The translations under genes and the position numbers were made by a program. A stretch of DNA of 46,919 bases, taken from positions 1 to 46,919 of IMG/VR virus record IMGVR_UViG_3300046788_000219; one strand, 5' to 3'. Below are positions 44,566 through 46,919 of this stretch, piece after piece (the stretch's first letter is position 1; each line of letters opens with the position of its first letter). This DNA comes from a virus. Its lineage: Duplodnaviria; Caudoviricetes. The notes under the pieces are model-generated. The model did no database searches and was not told where the DNA came from. It saw only the letters and a program-made list of their open reading frames with translations.

Positions 44566-45519
44566 TCACGTCTCCCGCTTCTTCCTCTTAATGGCGCTCG
44601 TGGCCACGTCGCGCAGGTGCGCCCGCTTCTGGGCCGCCTTGGAATACCATGCGATCATCCGCGTGTCCGCATGGCCCATCTGATCGGCGATCTGCCGATC
44701 CCCCACGCCCGCTTCGATGGCCCACGTACAAAACGAGTGCCGAACGCAATAGCCGCTCACCCGGTCCACTACGCCCTCATCCAGACCGATCCGCTTGGCC
44801 CAGCGTCGCAAATGCCGGGCGAAGACGTGGCGGTCCTTCCAGGGCTCGCCGTAGGTGTTCAGGAAAACGAACTCCTGGCCCTCAACTTTCTTGCGGTACA
44901 GGTTTTGGAGGAACCGCAGGATGCACGGCTCAAGGCCGAACATGCGCGGTTTTCCTGTCTTCGCGCGGGTCTTGTGCTTTTGCTTGACGACCACGCCGGC
45001 TTCGAAGTCGATCTCATCGAAGCGAAGCCCGCGCATCTCGGAAGGCCTGGCTCCCGTCCGGCGCAGGAAGAACAGGGCCCGACGCAGCGGCCGGCTCTTG
45101 CATCGCATGAGCGCGATGTATTCGACCGAGCTGGCTTCGCGGCGCGGGGTGACCGGGAGCTTGAGGTTCCGCGGCCGGCGATAGGGCGTGCGTTCGATCA
45201 GCTCCTCATCCTCTGCCCAGCGGAAACACGCGAGAATCGTCGCCATTACGCGGCGTTTCGTGGCGTTGCTCTTCCACTGCGGATTGAGTTGCAGCCAGCG
45301 CGTCAGATCGTAGCGCCGGCATTGCTCAATGGTCTGATTGCCGAACTGCTCCGCGAAGCGGGCCAGCTCGCGCGTAGCGTCTTCCAGGGCATGGGCGGAG
45401 TAATCCTCCGTGCCCTTCCGTTGCTTGAGGTGTTCGAGATAGGCCTCTGTGGTTTTTCGTACCGTCCAGGGACCTGCAGACCCTTCATCCGAAGGGCTGA
45501 AAAGGCGAAAGGCGTTCAT
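44566..45519 (-). CDS. int: Tyrosine integrase
   Basis: TGARPSE, KHKT, YCVRH, QMGH, WY catalytic motifs; GGAGG RBS before ATG 45519. Confidence 0.93.
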   Translation of the reverse strand: MNAFRLFSPSDEGSAGPWTVRKTTEAYLEHLKQRKGTEDYSAHALEDATRELARFAEQFGNQTIEQCRRYDLTRWLQLNPQWKSNATKRRVMATILACFRWAEDEELIERTPYRRPRNLKLPVTPRREASSVEYIALMRCKSRPLRRALFFLRRTGARPSEMRGLRFDEIDFEAGVVVKQKHKTRAKTGKPRMFGLEPCILRFLQNLYRKKVEGQEFVFLNTYGEPWKDRHVFARHLRRWAKRIGLDEGVVDRVSGYCVRHSFCTWAIEAGVGDRQIADQMGHADTRMIAWYSKAAQKRAHLRDVATSAIKRKKRET

Positions 45520-45559
45520 GCTGTTGCCTCCGTTGGCGTTACCCAGCACGGAGGCTGCT

Positions 45560-45586
45560 GCGATCGGGGCATGATGCCCCGATCGC
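45560..45586. repeat. Perfect 13-bp inverted repeat upstream of int
   Basis: GCGATCGGGGCAT-G-ATGCCCCGATCGC. Confidence 0.85.
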
Positions 45587-45749
45587 TTGTCAACCTTATG
45601 CCGCTGAGCGCCGCTCGGCAATCTTCTCCGAGCCTACTTCCCGGAAGATTAACCCGGCTAGTTCGCAATCGTGAAATGTCGCGATTATCGAATCGGTAGC
45701 GCGAAGCGGTTACGGTCGGGATGAACTTGTCGCACCATGCAGGTGTTTT

Positions 45750-46067
45750 ATGTCCCAGAAGCGTACGGAACCGGCTTCTCAGTTTCGCGATCTGACCGTG
45801 ATTCACTCGTCCAGTGAGCCCGAACGCTTTCAGGAATCGAGGCGAGGGGAACGGCAGAGGATGAGGTCCAGGGTGCCCCGGCAGTCGAATGCGCCGAGCG
45901 TACCGAAGCCGGTTCCGAAGTGGATTGCCACCGTGCCGGGGCAGACGTTTCGCGTTGAGGTCGAGGCCCATACCAAGGGCGAGGCGCGAGCCCGTCTCAA
46001 GGAAGGGTTGAAGCTCGAGCTGCTTCCGCTCGGAACGCTGATTGAGCGCCAGGAGCCCCAATCATGA
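45750..46067 (+). CDS. Hypothetical early protein (start may be 45861)
   Basis: VEAHTKGEARARLK; ATGA-coupled to the next gene. Confidence 0.6.
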   Translation: MSQKRTEPASQFRDLTVIHSSSEPERFQESRRGERQRMRSRVPRQSNAPSVPKPVPKWIATVPGQTFRVEVEAHTKGEARARLKEGLKLELLPLGTLIERQEPQS

Positions 46068-46438
46068 GGCCACACATGATCACCGCTCGCGTCCTTTGCG
46101 CCACGCCTGAAGATCGCGACCCGGCGAAATCCAACTACGTCGAGGTGGCCTTGCCCATCGGGTTCCGCCGGGTGTTCAGCGGCGCCGTCAAGCCGGGCGA
46201 TCGATTCCTGGACATGACGCCGCCGCAGCCTGGGGAGATGGTTGGGGTGCCGGTCTGGAAACTGGCCGACGGTGGGCATCTCCGCGGCGTGGCGGATCAT
46301 TACGCCTGCCTCATCCGGCCGGATCAATACCCGGTGGAGGAGGTGTGTGAGCGGTGCAAGTGCCAGGTGCGCGTCGAGGGACATCGGTTTTGCGCGGACT
46401 GCTGCGGGATTGTGATCGAGACGAAAGGGAGGGCGTGA
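46064..46438 (+). CDS. Hypothetical protein with a C-terminal CxxC pair
   Basis: AGGAG RBS; CERC, CADC. Confidence 0.7.
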   Translation: MRPHMITARVLCATPEDRDPAKSNYVEVALPIGFRRVFSGAVKPGDRFLDMTPPQPGEMVGVPVWKLADGGHLRGVADHYACLIRPDQYPVEEVCERCKCQVRVEGHRFCADCCGIVIETKGRA

Positions 46439-46665
46439 TGAAGTCGAGAGAAGAAATTCGCCGTCATCGCGACGATCTCCGAATCGCAATGGATATGCCT
46501 TGCGGATGCGATTCGAACGGGCACGCCGACGACTGCTTTCGCGGGTTGATGATGATGAAATCCACCGAATCGACGCTCTCCTGGGTGCTTGGAGAGAACG
46601 ACGATCTACAAGGCATGGTGGACCGTATGGCCCGCGACGTGGTCGCTTTCAGGAGGCAAAACTAA
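46438..46665 (+). CDS. Hypothetical protein
   Basis: GGGAGG RBS; TLSWVLGE motif. Confidence 0.7.
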   Translation: MKSREEIRRHRDDLRIAMDMPCGCDSNGHADDCFRGLMMMKSTESTLSWVLGENDDLQGMVDRMARDVVAFRRQN

Positions 46666-46797
46666 ATGACCTTCCCGCTCCTGCTGGCCGCCTGCGTGCT
46701 GCTGTCCACCATCGCGGGATGGCCTCTCGGAAAGCTGTTGCAAGGACTCGTCACCTCTTTCCAGAAGGGAGGGCAACGGCCGGCGGATGCCGGCTAG
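46666..46797 (+). CDS. Small membrane protein, 43 aa
   Basis: AGGAGG RBS; MTFPLLLAACVLLSTIAGWPLGKLL... Confidence 0.6.
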   Translation: MTFPLLLAACVLLSTIAGWPLGKLLQGLVTSFQKGGQRPADAG

Positions 46798-46806
46798 TCC
46801 GGGGGT

Positions 46807-46905
46807 TTTGCTTGGGTCAACCGCGCATGGCCGCGCGGCTTCCTCGGGTCAAGCAGGATGCTGTTCCGGGCCCGAGGGTTTTTCCTCTAACGCAGAAAGG
46901 TTCGA
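46807..46905 (+). repeat. Terminal direct repeat, copy 2
   Basis: Identical to 1-99. Confidence 0.95.
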
Positions 46906-46919
46906 GGTCTGGGACGGGA

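Larger units (their letters stand above)
1..46905. mobile_element. Complete temperate tailed phage genome, circular/excised form; probable Planctomycetota host
   Basis: Terminase, portal, capsid, tail, replication, integrase and intact attP all present; 99-bp terminal overlap; no host housekeeping genes. Confidence 0.93.

Noticed and set aside
44140-45699. 519-aa plus-strand ORF
   Set aside because: Shadow of the integrase and attP

Overview
The window appears to be a complete circular genome (~46.8 kb) of a temperate tailed phage in its excised form. Bases 1-99 recur at 46807-46905, and an intact attP (3' half of tRNA-Val-GAC) lies next to a tyrosine integrase. The host is probably a GC-rich planctomycete (Gemmataceae-like). 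That is inferred from a TIGR02996-like domain, csrA and a LITAF-like Zn-ribbon membrane protein, and is not proven. Gene order: early and recombination genes (csrA, RecE-like, RecT-like); replication and modification (initiator, loader, metallopeptidase, Dam, RusA); packaging and head; a glycosyltransferase-containing accessory virion block; a tail module with a -1 frameshift and a short tape measure; a putative lysis block with a secreted Cys protease but no recognisable endolysin; then control and integration (xis, tRNA-Thr, RHH regulator, attP, int). Two signals stand out. (1) The phage encodes CsrA, and more than ten translation starts, mostly structural and lysis genes, carry GGA-in-loop hairpins, often in tandem 20-33 nt apart; this suggests a phage-wide translational regulon. 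(2) The portal carries a ~400-aa C-terminal cargo ending in a ParB/Srx-like domain, preceded by candidate prohead-protease cleavage sites. All family assignments come from reading motifs by eye; no searches were run.
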